Made by a program: the position numbers and the translations under genes
Shown: positions 25,340 to 33,886 of the stretch, one piece after another
Layout: each line of letters begins with the position of its first letter
How positions within the stretch are numbered: position 1 is the first letter of the stretch
The notes under the pieces: model-generated
The model's database searches: none
Told to the model about the DNA's origin: nothing
What the model saw: the letters and a program-made list of their open reading frames with translations, nothing else
Virus record (IMG/VR): IMGVR_UViG_3300025779_000005
Coordinates: 1-53,940 of that record
Source: a virus
Taxonomy: Duplodnaviria > Caudoviricetes
DNA length: 53,940 nucleotides
Direction: 5' to 3' (one strand)

Positions 25340-25386
25340 AGTGTTCTCCGGTTAGAGTGAAGGGGTGGGGGCCGAAGCCCCCGGTG

Positions 25387-25611
25387 TTATTCTACGTTGC
25401 AATAAGCCTCAAGAGCAGTGTGTGAATCGTTGAACACTTTGTGAAACCAGCGTTGGTCAGTTGGGTGAAGATCTTCTGTTCTCACAAACCATGCCTCTGG
25501 AGCATTTCTATGGCCATCCCAACCTGCCTTACGCCTAATTAATGAAACTTCAAACGCCTTATTGTTTAAGCCGTCAACTTTTTTTGTCATTACAATTTTT
25601 GGAAGAGTCAT
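25387..25611 (-). CDS. Hypothetical early protein (74 aa)
   Basis: Start at MTLPK behind GATGGAGAA; followed by a GGGGC-TTCG-GCCCC hairpin. Confidence 0.65.
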   Translation of the reverse strand: MTLPKIVMTKKVDGLNNKAFEVSLIRRKAGWDGHRNAPEAWFVRTEDLHPTDQRWFHKVFNDSHTALEAYCNVE

Positions 25612-25616
25612 TTTCA

Positions 25617-25681
25617 TTCTCCATCTGGAAGGCACCATTGCCCTGCCCAATCCTTATGTCATCTTTAATTACAGGGGTCAA
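25617..25681 (-). promoter_or_regulatory. Putative early promoter and leader (leftward)
   Basis: TTGACC-17 bp-CATAAG, short leader hairpin GGGCAATGGTGCCT, then CCAGATGGAGAA, which is shared with the element at 38553-38621. Confidence 0.5.
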
Positions 25682-25687
25682 CAAGAA

Positions 25688-25933
25688 TTATAAGTTTTCT
25701 TTCAAACTATCAAAATCTCTTATCGACCTATAGATATCGTAGTACAGGCTCTCATACATGCGGATCTCTGACAGGAAATATTTGATCTGATCGGCAGCCG
25801 CCCATTCAAGGGTAGTTTCTTTGGGAAACGTAGACACACCGGTTTCAGGGCAACGTTCGGAATCTTCACACTCCTGGGCTTGTTTGCGTAAGGCATCCAT
25901 TAGTTCAGATGGAAACATTTCATGGGGTAGCAT
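25688..25933 (-). CDS. Hypothetical protein
   Basis: 81 aa; AGGAG RBS; contains AADQI, a variant of the local AADEIERLR motif. Confidence 0.65.
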   Translation of the reverse strand: MLPHEMFPSELMDALRKQAQECEDSERCPETGVSTFPKETTLEWAAADQIKYFLSEIRMYESLYYDIYRSIRDFDSLKENL

Positions 25934-26018
25934 TATAATCTCCTATACGCGAATGAGTATTAACTGATATTATACGGTTACTCGTATGCGAAAAGTGGCG
26001 CTAAGTGATATAACAGGG

Positions 26019-26651
26019 TCACTCACCTTCTTTCAGTTCTGCGTTTGTGATCATTGAGGTGCCTTCCCACATCAATTCCTGTACTTTGGCGCGGCGTTTC
26101 TCCTTGGCAGCACGATACTCAGCATCGCGTACTTCCTGTTTTGCCTTCTGGTCGGCCTTCCATTCGTCAGTTTGCATATCAGGATTAAGCGTGATCATAG
26201 CTTCTAGCATACCCAAAACGATATAGGCATCACCCGCAATGGCATTCTTCGGGTCAAGGCGGCGAAGTTCTAGCATCATGGTCTCAATCTGGTTTTGGCA
26301 CACCGACAAACTCTTAATTGCGTTGATATAGTGCTCGCGCTTGACCATCATGGCCATCTCGCGATGCACCCGTTCAATTTGATCATTGGCCTTTGCAAGG
26401 TGATAACGCACGTCAATATTATCTTTGCGCTCCAACTCAAACAGTTCCCGCAACCGTTCAATCTCATTGACGGCATCATTTGGCCGATCTTTTGGCCGAT
26501 CTTTTGCAGCCTCCCGTAGCCGTTCAATCTCTGCCTTGTATTCTGTTAGCTGACACTCATGCCGACAAATAATTCGGCCTTCTGTTTTTACCATTGGTGG
26601 CATAAACCCCATGTCATCTGTCCAAACTATTTCTTTTTCGTTATCCATCAC
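26019..26651 (-). CDS. EIERLR-family coiled-coil protein (N-terminus paralogous to 27463-27807)
   Basis: MMDNEKEIVWTDDMGFMPP...EIERLREAAKDRPKDRP; ends LKEGE. Confidence 0.75.
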   Translation of the reverse strand: MMDNEKEIVWTDDMGFMPPMVKTEGRIICRHECQLTEYKAEIERLREAAKDRPKDRPNDAVNEIERLRELFELERKDNIDVRYHLAKANDQIERVHREMAMMVKREHYINAIKSLSVCQNQIETMMLELRRLDPKNAIAGDAYIVLGMLEAMITLNPDMQTDEWKADQKAKQEVRDAEYRAAKEKRRAKVQELMWEGTSMITNAELKEGE

Positions 26652-26901
26652 TCACCCTCCTTCAGTGCTTTTTCAGCCAGACCGACCGCCATCGCCAACA
26701 CAGTCCATGTTGTGCCTTCATTAGGCGTTTTTGGCGTAGGAATGTCTTCATGCTCAATGCTGCGATTTGTTGCAATATGCCCCGCAGCCGTTCAATTTCA
26801 TCGGCGGCTTCATAAGAAAGTCTGTAATCATATTCTGGCTCGTCTTCTGTGATGTGAAGAAAAGCATTTATGCGGCGCAGCCGTTCAACAATATCCATCA
26901 C
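26648..26901 (-). pseudogene. EIERLR-family minigene carrying an apparent 1-nt frameshift near 26760
   Basis: Frame 1 reads MMDIVERLR...AADEIERLRGILQQIA. The shifted frame continues IEHEDIPTPKTPNEGTTWTVLAMAVGLAEKALKEGE*, ending in the family's usual ALKEGE-TGATG junction. Confidence 0.55.
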
Positions 26902-27170
26902 TTATCCCCCCTTAATGCGGTGAGGCATACCGTTTGTAAGTACCTTTCCGTTGGCGATGAATGTTCTGCACCATTGCGATTAACATGATAGTTAATGTGC
27001 CCAATCCAATCCCGGAGCCGTTCAATCTCTTTGTCCTTAATGTCCTTCAAGTGATTGATACGATCCCGCAAGGCCCCGGCGCTATGGCCGCTAATTTCAA
27101 AATATAAATCTTGCTTGGCGTGATCATCTAGCTCACTCAACCATTTATCCAATGTCCAGTTTTCCATCAT
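26898..27170 (-). CDS. EIERLR-family minigene
   Basis: 90 aa; KDKEIERLR; ends ALRGDK with coupled TGATG. Confidence 0.7.
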   Translation of the reverse strand: MMENWTLDKWLSELDDHAKQDLYFEISGHSAGALRDRINHLKDIKDKEIERLRDWIGHINYHVNRNGAEHSSPTERYLQTVCLTALRGDK

Positions 27171-27466
27171 TTATCCTCCGATAAAACAAGGTTAACCATA
27201 GCCGCCCATGCAGCATCCGGTGCTATGCAGGCTAGCCCAAGCGCGTTATCTGCCACCAGCCTGTTCGCGGCCCTGCCTGCCTCTAGCATAGCCGGTGTTG
27301 GCTTCTCAAGGCGACTGCGCAACCGTTCAATTTCTTTGACGGCATCGGTAATTGTTTTTGGCATGAGCCGTAACGCTTCCCGCAACCGTTCAATCTCATT
27401 GGCGGCTTTACCTTGCAGGGGATAATATGGGGCCATAATCTTGAGTTCTTCAACAATATCCATCAC
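27167..27466 (-). CDS. EIERLR-family minigene with PTPAMLEAG motif
   Basis: MMDIVEELK...AANEIERLR...EIERLR...KPTPAMLEAG...AWAAM. Confidence 0.7.
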   Translation of the reverse strand: MMDIVEELKIMAPYYPLQGKAANEIERLREALRLMPKTITDAVKEIERLRSRLEKPTPAMLEAGRAANRLVADNALGLACIAPDAAWAAMVNLVLSEDK

Positions 27467-27807
27467 TTACCCTCCTTCATTGATTCTTGTGCAATCCTTA
27501 CCGTTTCCATAAAAAGTGACAACAAGTAACCTTCGGCGGCGGTCAAGGGTTGAGGTATTCCTTCTGATCCCGCATACACTTCATAAATTTCCCGCAGTGC
27601 TCCCCGCAACCGCTTAATCTCGTCAGCGGCATCTTTTGGCCGATCTTTTGGCCGATCTTTTGCGGCCTCCCGCAACCGTTCAATCTCTTGTTTATATTCA
27701 GTTAGCTGGCATTCTTCACGGCAAATAGTACGGCCTTCTGTTTTTGGTATTGGCGGCATAAAACCCATATCACTTGTCCAAACCGTTTCTTTTTCTTTAT
27801 CCATCAC
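27463..27807 (-). CDS. EIERLR-family minigene
   Basis: MMDKEKETVWTSDMGFMPP...KDRPKDRPKDAADEIKRLR; ends MKEGK. Confidence 0.75.
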   Translation of the reverse strand: MMDKEKETVWTSDMGFMPPIPKTEGRTICREECQLTEYKQEIERLREAAKDRPKDRPKDAADEIKRLRGALREIYEVYAGSEGIPQPLTAAEGYLLSLFMETVRIAQESMKEGK

Positions 27808-28118
27808 TTACCCTCCTTCGCTCTTTTCCATTTAGGGAGACCAATCTCTTCTGGCGACGAGCCATAAATGTAACCGATTACATACCACTTTTTCCCGCCA
27901 TCCATTTCGGCCATGAGATGCATATAATCTTCGTGGCCATATTTTACAATCCAATCATTATGGCTGATGCTGAATTGATGAAAATCATCTCCCCAACGGT
28001 TGTCAGTCCATTGTTTAACAAACCCCACATTCATCAAGTCTTCGAGCGTTTCGAACTCCGATTCTTGCGGGTCAATAGAGACGTAATTCGGCAGATGTTG
28101 TTTAATGATAGCCATCAC
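27804..28118 (-). CDS. Hypothetical protein
   Basis: 104 aa, coupled junctions at both ends; ends AKEGK. Confidence 0.7.
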   Translation of the reverse strand: MMAIIKQHLPNYVSIDPQESEFETLEDLMNVGFVKQWTDNRWGDDFHQFSISHNDWIVKYGHEDYMHLMAEMDGGKKWYVIGYIYGSSPEEIGLPKWKRAKEGK

Positions 28119-28345
28119 TCATGCTCCTTCAGTGCGGCGCGGGCCAAAGCAACATTTTCTTTCATAAGGGTCATTTTGACAGCCCAATTAAATTCTTTGT
28201 TTAAGACCACATCGCAGACCTCAACTGTCTTTTTCAACGCTTCCCGCAGTTTAACATTTTCTTTTATCAAATAATCAGCCAAATCTACTGCCATTTTTTT
28301 ATCGGCCAATAATCTGTTGATCGTCGTTTCTATTTCTTTATCCAT
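28115..28345 (-). CDS. Hypothetical coiled-coil minigene
   Basis: MDKEIETT...ENVKLREAL...ARAALKEHE. Confidence 0.65.
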   Translation of the reverse strand: MDKEIETTINRLLADKKMAVDLADYLIKENVKLREALKKTVEVCDVVLNKEFNWAVKMTLMKENVALARAALKEHE

Positions 28346-28461
28346 CACCACTGCACCTCCCCATTTACAACGATATGCTCATACCAGCGGTCGCCATCCT
28401 TGCCCTCCCATAAAACCCAGACGTTGTGTGGTTCGTATTCGTAGCGGATTAGTGTTTTCAT
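28345..28461 (-). CDS. Small hypothetical protein (38 aa)
   Basis: MKTLIRYEYEPHNVWVLWEGKDGDRWYEHIVVNGEVQW; overlapping start/stop with both neighbours. Confidence 0.6.
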   Translation of the reverse strand: MKTLIRYEYEPHNVWVLWEGKDGDRWYEHIVVNGEVQW

Positions 28462-28649
28462 TTTGGTGGCTCCGGTAATTTCATCCAATGGGTAGGACGG
28501 CAACTTAAATAAAATTTAGGATCATCAATTTGGGCATATTGCCATTGGTCTGCGTAAATCCATTTGGCAACCATAAGATGCCAGCCGGGTTCATATACCA
28601 ATACCCAATGATCTTTTGGGCAGGTTTCTATTGGTTTCCAGTCAGTCAT
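28458..28649 (-). CDS. DUF551-like protein
   Basis: MTDWKPIETCPKD...VLVY...PTHWMKLPEPPK. Confidence 0.8.
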   Translation of the reverse strand: MTDWKPIETCPKDHWVLVYEPGWHLMVAKWIYADQWQYAQIDDPKFYLSCRPTHWMKLPEPPK

Positions 28650-28900
28650 TTTGGCGGCTCCTCTGTTTCCATTATGCTTTTTAAACAGGCCGTAAGCGTA
28701 ATGTAAAATTCCAATTGCGCTTCTTCCAAACCAATTTTGCGAATCTTGGCGGATGCTTCTTCACTACGCCGCTTTAATTCATCTTCCCATTTGGGGTGTG
28801 GATACGGAACAAAAATAATGCTTCCAAGAACAATAATTGCTACAATTGCAGCGCCGCCCCAAGCCAATACGTCATGAATAAAAGGTTGCCAGTCAGTCAT
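28646..28900 (-). CDS. Membrane-anchored minigene with DUF551-like termini
   Basis: Begins MTDWQP and ends EEPPK like the DUF551 neighbours; the core is a transmembrane helix (VLAWGGAAIVAIIVLGSIIFV). Confidence 0.65.
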   Translation of the reverse strand: MTDWQPFIHDVLAWGGAAIVAIIVLGSIIFVPYPHPKWEDELKRRSEEASAKIRKIGLEEAQLEFYITLTACLKSIMETEEPPK

Positions 28901-29250
28901 AGCCCCTCACCTTCTTCCACATCAATTTCAACCTTCACACAAGCAAGACGGTTAGGCGCTTGCAACCTATCGGCATGTTCTTTTGATAAACATCCAATGG
29001 TTGCTCCTTGCGTCTCAGGGACAATATTAAACCAAAACGTCCGCTTGATGCGTGGTTTGACTTCGACGAGATCGTTATGGCACCCATCTACCAACATAAA
29101 AAAGCCCTTATTGGTCCAACTTTGTTGTTCCCATTCTCCTTCTTCTGTTTTAACAGCGCCTTGAATAGTGAATGGATATTTCCCATCCGTCGCATAAATC
29201 CGCACTTCACGCCCATCACGGGTGCGGTAGCGTTTGTCTTTGCTGATCAT
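28897..29250 (-). CDS. Hypothetical protein, paralogue 2 (YRTRDGREVRIYATDG family)
   Basis: Start reassigned to MISKDK; ends ACVKVEIDVEEGEGL. Confidence 0.75.
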   Translation of the reverse strand: MISKDKRYRTRDGREVRIYATDGKYPFTIQGAVKTEEGEWEQQSWTNKGFFMLVDGCHNDLVEVKPRIKRTFWFNIVPETQGATIGCLSKEHADRLQAPNRLACVKVEIDVEEGEGL

Positions 29251-29456
29251 GTCCGCACCATCCCGCAATAGCCGTGGGTTCTTTGAGCGGGCTTCCAATG
29301 GCCTTCACCAACGCCAGTGTTAATCCATTCTTTTTCTTCGTTTTCCCACCGCCAAGCCATGCACTTTGGGCCAGCACAATTAAAATCGTGGATTGGCATC
29401 GGGCATATTTTTTCCTGAGCCTCTTCAGGCGTCACATAGTGTGGGTTGTCAGTCAT
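29247..29456 (-). CDS. Small Cys-rich protein (C..C...CMAWRW..GYCG)
   Basis: Four conserved Cys; paralogous to 30080-30310. Confidence 0.7.
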   Translation of the reverse strand: MTDNPHYVTPEEAQEKICPMPIHDFNCAGPKCMAWRWENEEKEWINTGVGEGHWKPAQRTHGYCGMVRT

Positions 29457-29812
29457 AGCCCCTCTCCTTCTTCGCAGTCTGTTTCAACCTTCACGCAAGC
29501 GATGCGGTGTTGAGAAGCATATTCATCAGCATCTTCTTTTGTGTCAAAAAAATCATCTGTCTGTTTATCAATATTAACCCAAATTGTCTTTTTGATGCGT
29601 TGTTTGACTTCAACAAGGTCAGACGCAGATGAAGGTGAACCATCATAAACTCCACCGCATATAAATTTCCCATCTTTTGCCCAACACATTGCCCACCAAC
29701 CATCTTCCACAAGAATGGCTCCATGAACTGCCCAAATACTATTCCCATCCGTTGCATAAATCCGAACCTCACGACCGTTGCGGGTGCGGTACTGTTTATC
29801 TTTGTTAATCAT
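29453..29812 (-). CDS. Hypothetical protein, paralogue 1 (YRTRNGREVRIYATDG family)
   Basis: Start reassigned to MINKDK; ends ACVKVETDCEEGEGL. Confidence 0.75.
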   Translation of the reverse strand: MINKDKQYRTRNGREVRIYATDGNSIWAVHGAILVEDGWWAMCWAKDGKFICGGVYDGSPSSASDLVEVKQRIKKTIWVNIDKQTDDFFDTKEDADEYASQHRIACVKVETDCEEGEGL

Positions 29813-30078
29813 TTTGGCGGCTCCGGCAATTTCATCCAATGGGTGGGATGAAGAGTTTTTCCTGTTTCTAAATCCATCCAATACAATTCTTTTGATGGTT
29901 CTCCATATGGAGGTTCGTCATAAGTGTGCCAACCTTCATTAATTACAATGTCTCCATCTCTTAAATACAAGATAACCAATGTATCTTTCGGCGCTGTTTC
30001 TATTGGTTGCCAATCAGTTTTTTTTATTTCTTCTAAATCTTTCAACCAATTATCATACCAATCTTTTAACTGACCCAT
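29809..30078 (-). CDS. DUF551-like protein
   Basis: TDWQPIETAPKD...PTHWMKLPEPPK. Confidence 0.8.
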   Translation of the reverse strand: MGQLKDWYDNWLKDLEEIKKTDWQPIETAPKDTLVILYLRDGDIVINEGWHTYDEPPYGEPSKELYWMDLETGKTLHPTHWMKLPEPPK

Positions 30079-30079
30079 T

Positions 30080-30310
30080 TCACTCTCCTATAAAACCGCA
30101 ATAACCACGTTCATCACTATGGTGTGTATTCCACTCGTTTTTCTTATCATCCCACTCATCAACGATGGTTTCCCAACGCCATGCGGAACAACGACGACCA
30201 ATACAACCTTTGCCTGCGGGAAGCCCTTTTACATGCACTGTCGTGCCACCAATACCCATGGCGCATACGATAAGATCTGAATCTTGTTCTACAATATATG
30301 TCGCACTCAT
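30080..30310 (-). CDS. Small Cys-rich protein
   Basis: C...CIGRRCSAWRWE...GYCG. Confidence 0.7.
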   Translation of the reverse strand: MSATYIVEQDSDLIVCAMGIGGTTVHVKGLPAGKGCIGRRCSAWRWETIVDEWDDKKNEWNTHHSDERGYCGFIGE

Positions 30311-30549
30311 TGGATGATTTCCTTTTTTTTCACTGGCGTGACGATAACTTGATAAAATGCACTAGCCAATCGCATACGCTCATCAGAGGGCATGTCTTTG
30401 ATCAATTGAGCAATAAAAGCAATCATCACATTAAGGATCATTCCAATTGGCATTCCGTCTACAGATTTTGCCATGGCGTCATATGCGGCAATTTGTTGCT
30501 TTTGTTGTTTCTTATCCATGTGGTTTTTTAGATCGAGCACTTCAGTCAT
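30307..30549 (-). CDS. Hypothetical protein
   Basis: 80 aa, coupled (ATGA) to the primase gene. Confidence 0.65.
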   Translation of the reverse strand: MTEVLDLKNHMDKKQQKQQIAAYDAMAKSVDGMPIGMILNVMIAFIAQLIKDMPSDERMRLASAFYQVIVTPVKKKEIIQ

Positions 30550-32828
30550 TTTAATTTAAACCTTTTCACTTTGATTTTACGACGGGGATGGATGGTTTCT
30601 TCAAGGGTGATTTGTTTATTGTTCAACATCTCTTTTAGACAACGCTCTATGTCTTCCCTTTTAAACGATTTTAATTTGTTGACAAGTACCCCAAGCGTTT
30701 CTCCTTCTTCTCTGGCCAATAAATTTTCTAATTTGCTAACGAGGGCGGTTTTGGGTGCATCTTTCTGTCGATCGTTACCGATAACGAGACGGGTTTTTTC
30801 TTCGGCGTCACGACGGATTAGGGCGTATGCCCAGCGGACATGTTCAACGGTACGAAGACCAGACGGAACGGCAAGGATAAACGATATTTTGGCAATAAGT
30901 TCCTTGGCGCGGAGAAACAGAGATGACATTCCAGACTGTTCGGTATGGTCTTCGGCAAGTCCGTGCATGATGTCCATAGCGGATTCCAGCATGGCTTCTG
31001 CTTCGGGGGTGGTGGCTACTTCAGTTCGTGGTCCTCTGTTCTCAATCCGATGGTCAGTTTGGTTAAAGTTCCCATTCATATAAAGTTGCTTTAAGGCAAG
31101 ATCAAGTTCCATTGGCATTGGACGTTTGCGGAACTTCTTTTTTTCATGTGGAACATCGTTGCGTTCATTAAAGATCAAAGCGCGCCCAAAAAAACCATTG
31201 GCTGCTGTTTCCTGTGTAACAAGACCATCAAAAGTGATTGGCGTGGTAAAGCCTAATAGGGAAACATACGGTTTTTCTAGTCCGCTTTTGAGAGTGCCTA
31301 AAGATTTTTCCAAGTGATCAACGTCGCGCTTTAAATTTGGGCTTTTGTCGCCATCATCTATTTTGCGGTTTAGTTGGGAAATTTCTTGGAGAATACCTTT
31401 ACGAACATCTTCACGAACGTCACCAGACAGTGGCATCCAACCATTTGCCTTGGAGTACGTGGACATGAGAATACCAATCACGCCTTCAAGATATGCTGCA
31501 CCACCGCGCTTTTGAGCATTCTTAACTTTCTCAAGAAAGATACCGACCTCATCGAGGATATAGAAGGATGCTTGGTTGCGCGTGAGATTGCGAACGACTT
31601 CCTGCTCCGACTTGATAGATGAGTATACGGCTTGCTCGATCCCTGCAGACTTATGAATTTCAAGGGATGCTTGTTGGATGGCTTCTTTACCGGTTCCAGA
31701 TGCAGACACGCAGAAGGCAAAGATGTTTGACGTTACATCTCCAAGTTCATCAGCGTAGCGCAAACCAATGATGTTCCCGATCGAGGTGAGAGCTGCAGCG
31801 ACTGCAATGGTTTCGCGGGGGTAACGAGACTGATCGTTAATCCAATCGGTAATAGTGCCGACGAAGCCGGGAGGGCGTTTAAGATCTACACCCGAAGTAT
31901 CAATCGTGTTTCCGGTAACAGGAGCTTCTTCTTCTGCCGTGATAACTGGGGCTTCGTTTGGCTCAAATGTCACGGGTTGCACCCATCCGCCCTGCTCCGC
32001 GTAATGAACAAGAGTGCCAAGCGTGACTGGGTTTACGGCTTTACCGAGCGAATGCCAGCGGCGTTCAAGAACATCATGCCCCGGATATTTGCTACCTTTA
32101 GATGACCACTTATCCCATAGATCAAAACCTGTCCCAAGGGTTGCATGGTGAATAGCCATGCCGCATCGGATCCAAGTCTCGTGGTCAATATCTGCGTCGA
32201 TATGGGCAAGCATGTCTGCAAGGTCACCATGTGATACGTCAACAGTTCCGGTTCCTATGTCAGCGCGGACGCGATCGGTTTTGGCGAGTCCCTTGATAAG
32301 TTCAGGTGGGGCATCATCAATGTCGGAGGGAGTTCCTGTCAGGACGGTATAATTGCGGCCAGAAGCATGAAGTGAACCGGGGCCAACCACGTAGCCTGAC
32401 GATTTAAAATCGATGCCGGGGTAATCTGGATGGTGCTGGGCTAGGGCCAATCCTTCGTCGCACTTGAAATAGAGATGGCGTGAACCGCCGCCCGATCCTG
32501 TTTCGACAATCATGCCTGCACCGGCAATAGATGGTACATCAGCTATTAAGGCTTCGTAAGATTCAACACCGCCATTACGGGCATCGACATCGATAACAAG
32601 CAGACCGCGAACAAGGACGCCATAACCAGTAATAAACTGATCGGTTTCCTCCATGACTTCAATCTGATCTTCTGACCAATGAGGAGTATGCTGCCAGTTG
32701 GACGCAAGCGGATGTTTTCCGATAGCCTTACAGTCTTTTGTCCCGCAACCGCAGGATCCGTCTTTACGAATAGGATGCAGACCAAAAACACGGTATCCCG
32801 CTTCCCAAAATTCTCTATGATTGGACAT
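30546..32828 (-). CDS. Bifunctional primase-polymerase with PriCT-2 and a C-terminal P-loop (DUF3987-like) helicase domain
   Basis: RVFGLH...CGCG...C...GKHP; VIDVDARNGG; TGSGG..HLYF; GIDFK..GYVVGPGS.H; W..CGMA.H....GFDLWD.WS (PriCT-2); ASGTGKE and LDEVG (Walker A/B); terminal winged helix. Confidence 0.88.
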   Translation of the reverse strand: MSNHREFWEAGYRVFGLHPIRKDGSCGCGTKDCKAIGKHPLASNWQHTPHWSEDQIEVMEETDQFITGYGVLVRGLLVIDVDARNGGVESYEALIADVPSIAGAGMIVETGSGGGSRHLYFKCDEGLALAQHHPDYPGIDFKSSGYVVGPGSLHASGRNYTVLTGTPSDIDDAPPELIKGLAKTDRVRADIGTGTVDVSHGDLADMLAHIDADIDHETWIRCGMAIHHATLGTGFDLWDKWSSKGSKYPGHDVLERRWHSLGKAVNPVTLGTLVHYAEQGGWVQPVTFEPNEAPVITAEEEAPVTGNTIDTSGVDLKRPPGFVGTITDWINDQSRYPRETIAVAAALTSIGNIIGLRYADELGDVTSNIFAFCVSASGTGKEAIQQASLEIHKSAGIEQAVYSSIKSEQEVVRNLTRNQASFYILDEVGIFLEKVKNAQKRGGAAYLEGVIGILMSTYSKANGWMPLSGDVREDVRKGILQEISQLNRKIDDGDKSPNLKRDVDHLEKSLGTLKSGLEKPYVSLLGFTTPITFDGLVTQETAANGFFGRALIFNERNDVPHEKKKFRKRPMPMELDLALKQLYMNGNFNQTDHRIENRGPRTEVATTPEAEAMLESAMDIMHGLAEDHTEQSGMSSLFLRAKELIAKISFILAVPSGLRTVEHVRWAYALIRRDAEEKTRLVIGNDRQKDAPKTALVSKLENLLAREEGETLGVLVNKLKSFKREDIERCLKEMLNNKQITLEETIHPRRKIKVKRFKLK

Positions 32829-32830
32829 TA

Positions 32831-33019
32831 TTAGTCTTTCTTGTGAAAGAGATATTCTACTATTTTGGTCAAGGTTGAAAGCGTTGGGTTGTTGTTTTTC
32901 CCAGTCATTATGGCCCTAATCGTGTTCTCATGAAGACCAATTGCCTCTGCCACTTTTGCGGGGTTTCTGTCTGCGAGAGCACGGCGTATGCGCTCCATTG
33001 GGATGTCAGTTGTTTCCAT
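32831..33019 (-). CDS. Cro/CI-type HTH regulator
   Basis: RNPAKVAEAIGLHENTIRAIMTGKNNNPTLSTL; start uncertain (33019 preferred); divergent from the recombination operon. Confidence 0.8.
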   Translation of the reverse strand: METTDIPMERIRRALADRNPAKVAEAIGLHENTIRAIMTGKNNNPTLSTLTKIVEYLFHKKD

Positions 33020-33047
33020 TAAATTATTCCATTGGCACATTTCGTTG

Positions 33048-33080
33048 TTGACATTCAAACCAGTTTGTTCCATTTGTCAA
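33048..33080. promoter_or_regulatory. Overlapping divergent promoter/operator palindrome
   Basis: TTGACA-21 bp-TGTCAA: a perfect -35 hexamer on each strand, between the two divergent replication operons. Confidence 0.6.
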
Positions 33081-33105
33081 GCGTCGAAGCAGAAAGGAGT
33101 GCTCA

Positions 33106-33885
33106 ATGAGCATATTGAATACGATATCTAAACCAGCCGACCGCCCTGTAATTGCAACGATCTTTGGCAACGCAGGCATGGGTAAAACAACCTTAGCGGT
33201 TACATTTCCAAAACCAATTGTGATTCGCGCAGAAGATGGCTTACAGGCTATTCCAACAAATCTTCGCCCAGATGCGTTTCCGCTTTTAACTAACCCGGAT
33301 GAGTTATGGGATCAGTTAAAGGCATTGATCAATGAACCACATGAATATGAAACGTTGATTGTGGATAGTGTGACGGCATTGGAGCGCATGTTCGCGCAAT
33401 ACATTGTAGATACAGACGTTAAGAAGCCTAAGGGTATTCAACAAGCACTTGGTGGTTATGGAGCAGGCCGTGAGGCGGTTGCAGCGATGCATTCTCGTCT
33501 TCGTAAGGCGGCAGGTCTTCTGGCTGACAAGCGTGGTATGCATACAGTCTTTATTGCCCACAGCGAGATTGGTACTGAAAACCCACCAGACGATGAATCA
33601 TTCTCAAAGTGGGGATTGCGTCTTCATGCTAAATCAGAGCCAGCATATGTCGATGACGTTGATTTGGTTGGTTATCTGAAGTTAGAAACCTTTACCACTG
33701 GCGATGGGGATAAGAAAAAAGCCATTAGTGATGGAACTCGTGTACTAGTTTGTCATGCGACTGCGGCCAATGTTTCAAAGAACCGTTTTGGTATTTCTGA
33801 ACCATTGTCGGTTGTATTGGGAACTAATCCGCTGGTTGATCATATTCCATCATTGCGTCGGGTAACGGTTAAGAAGGAGAAGTAA
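33106..33885 (+). CDS. sak4: Sak4-like ssDNA-annealing ATPase (AAA_24)
   Basis: GNAGMGKTT, IRAEDG, TLIVDSVT, GGYGAG, FIAHS, SKNRFG; AAAGGAG RBS. Confidence 0.85.
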   Translation: MSILNTISKPADRPVIATIFGNAGMGKTTLAVTFPKPIVIRAEDGLQAIPTNLRPDAFPLLTNPDELWDQLKALINEPHEYETLIVDSVTALERMFAQYIVDTDVKKPKGIQQALGGYGAGREAVAAMHSRLRKAAGLLADKRGMHTVFIAHSEIGTENPPDDESFSKWGLRLHAKSEPAYVDDVDLVGYLKLETFTTGDGDKKKAISDGTRVLVCHATAANVSKNRFGISEPLSVVLGTNPLVDHIPSLRRVTVKKEK

Positions 33886-33886
33886 A

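Larger units (their letters stand above)
26019..28360 (-). repeat. Dispersed repeats: about 10 copies of GA(G/A)ATTGAACGG(T/C)TGCG (EIERLR) and 7-8 copies of the junction AAGGAGGGT(A/G)AGTGATGG
   Basis: EIERLR-type copies near 26370, 26455, 26520, 26785, 26880, 27015, 27320, 27385, 27610, 27675; junction copies near 26020, 26650, 26900, 27167, 27465, 27805, 28115, 28345. Confidence 0.85.

Noticed and set aside
26360-27700. CRISPR-like array from the recurring 17-nt CGCAACCGTTCAATCTC repeat
   Set aside because: Spacing is irregular, copies are degenerate at synonymous positions and always in the EIERLR reading frame; no cas genes.
26460-27810. Diversity-generating retroelement template/variable repeat pair
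   Set aside because: Differences between the two ~190-bp copies are not adenine-specific, both are 5' gene ends, and no reverse transcriptase is present.
32831-33105. Lysogeny switch of a temperate phage
   Set aside because: Only one small HTH is present, with no peptidase-bearing CI partner, integrase or att-like context; the tRNAs are phage-internal, not a prophage boundary.
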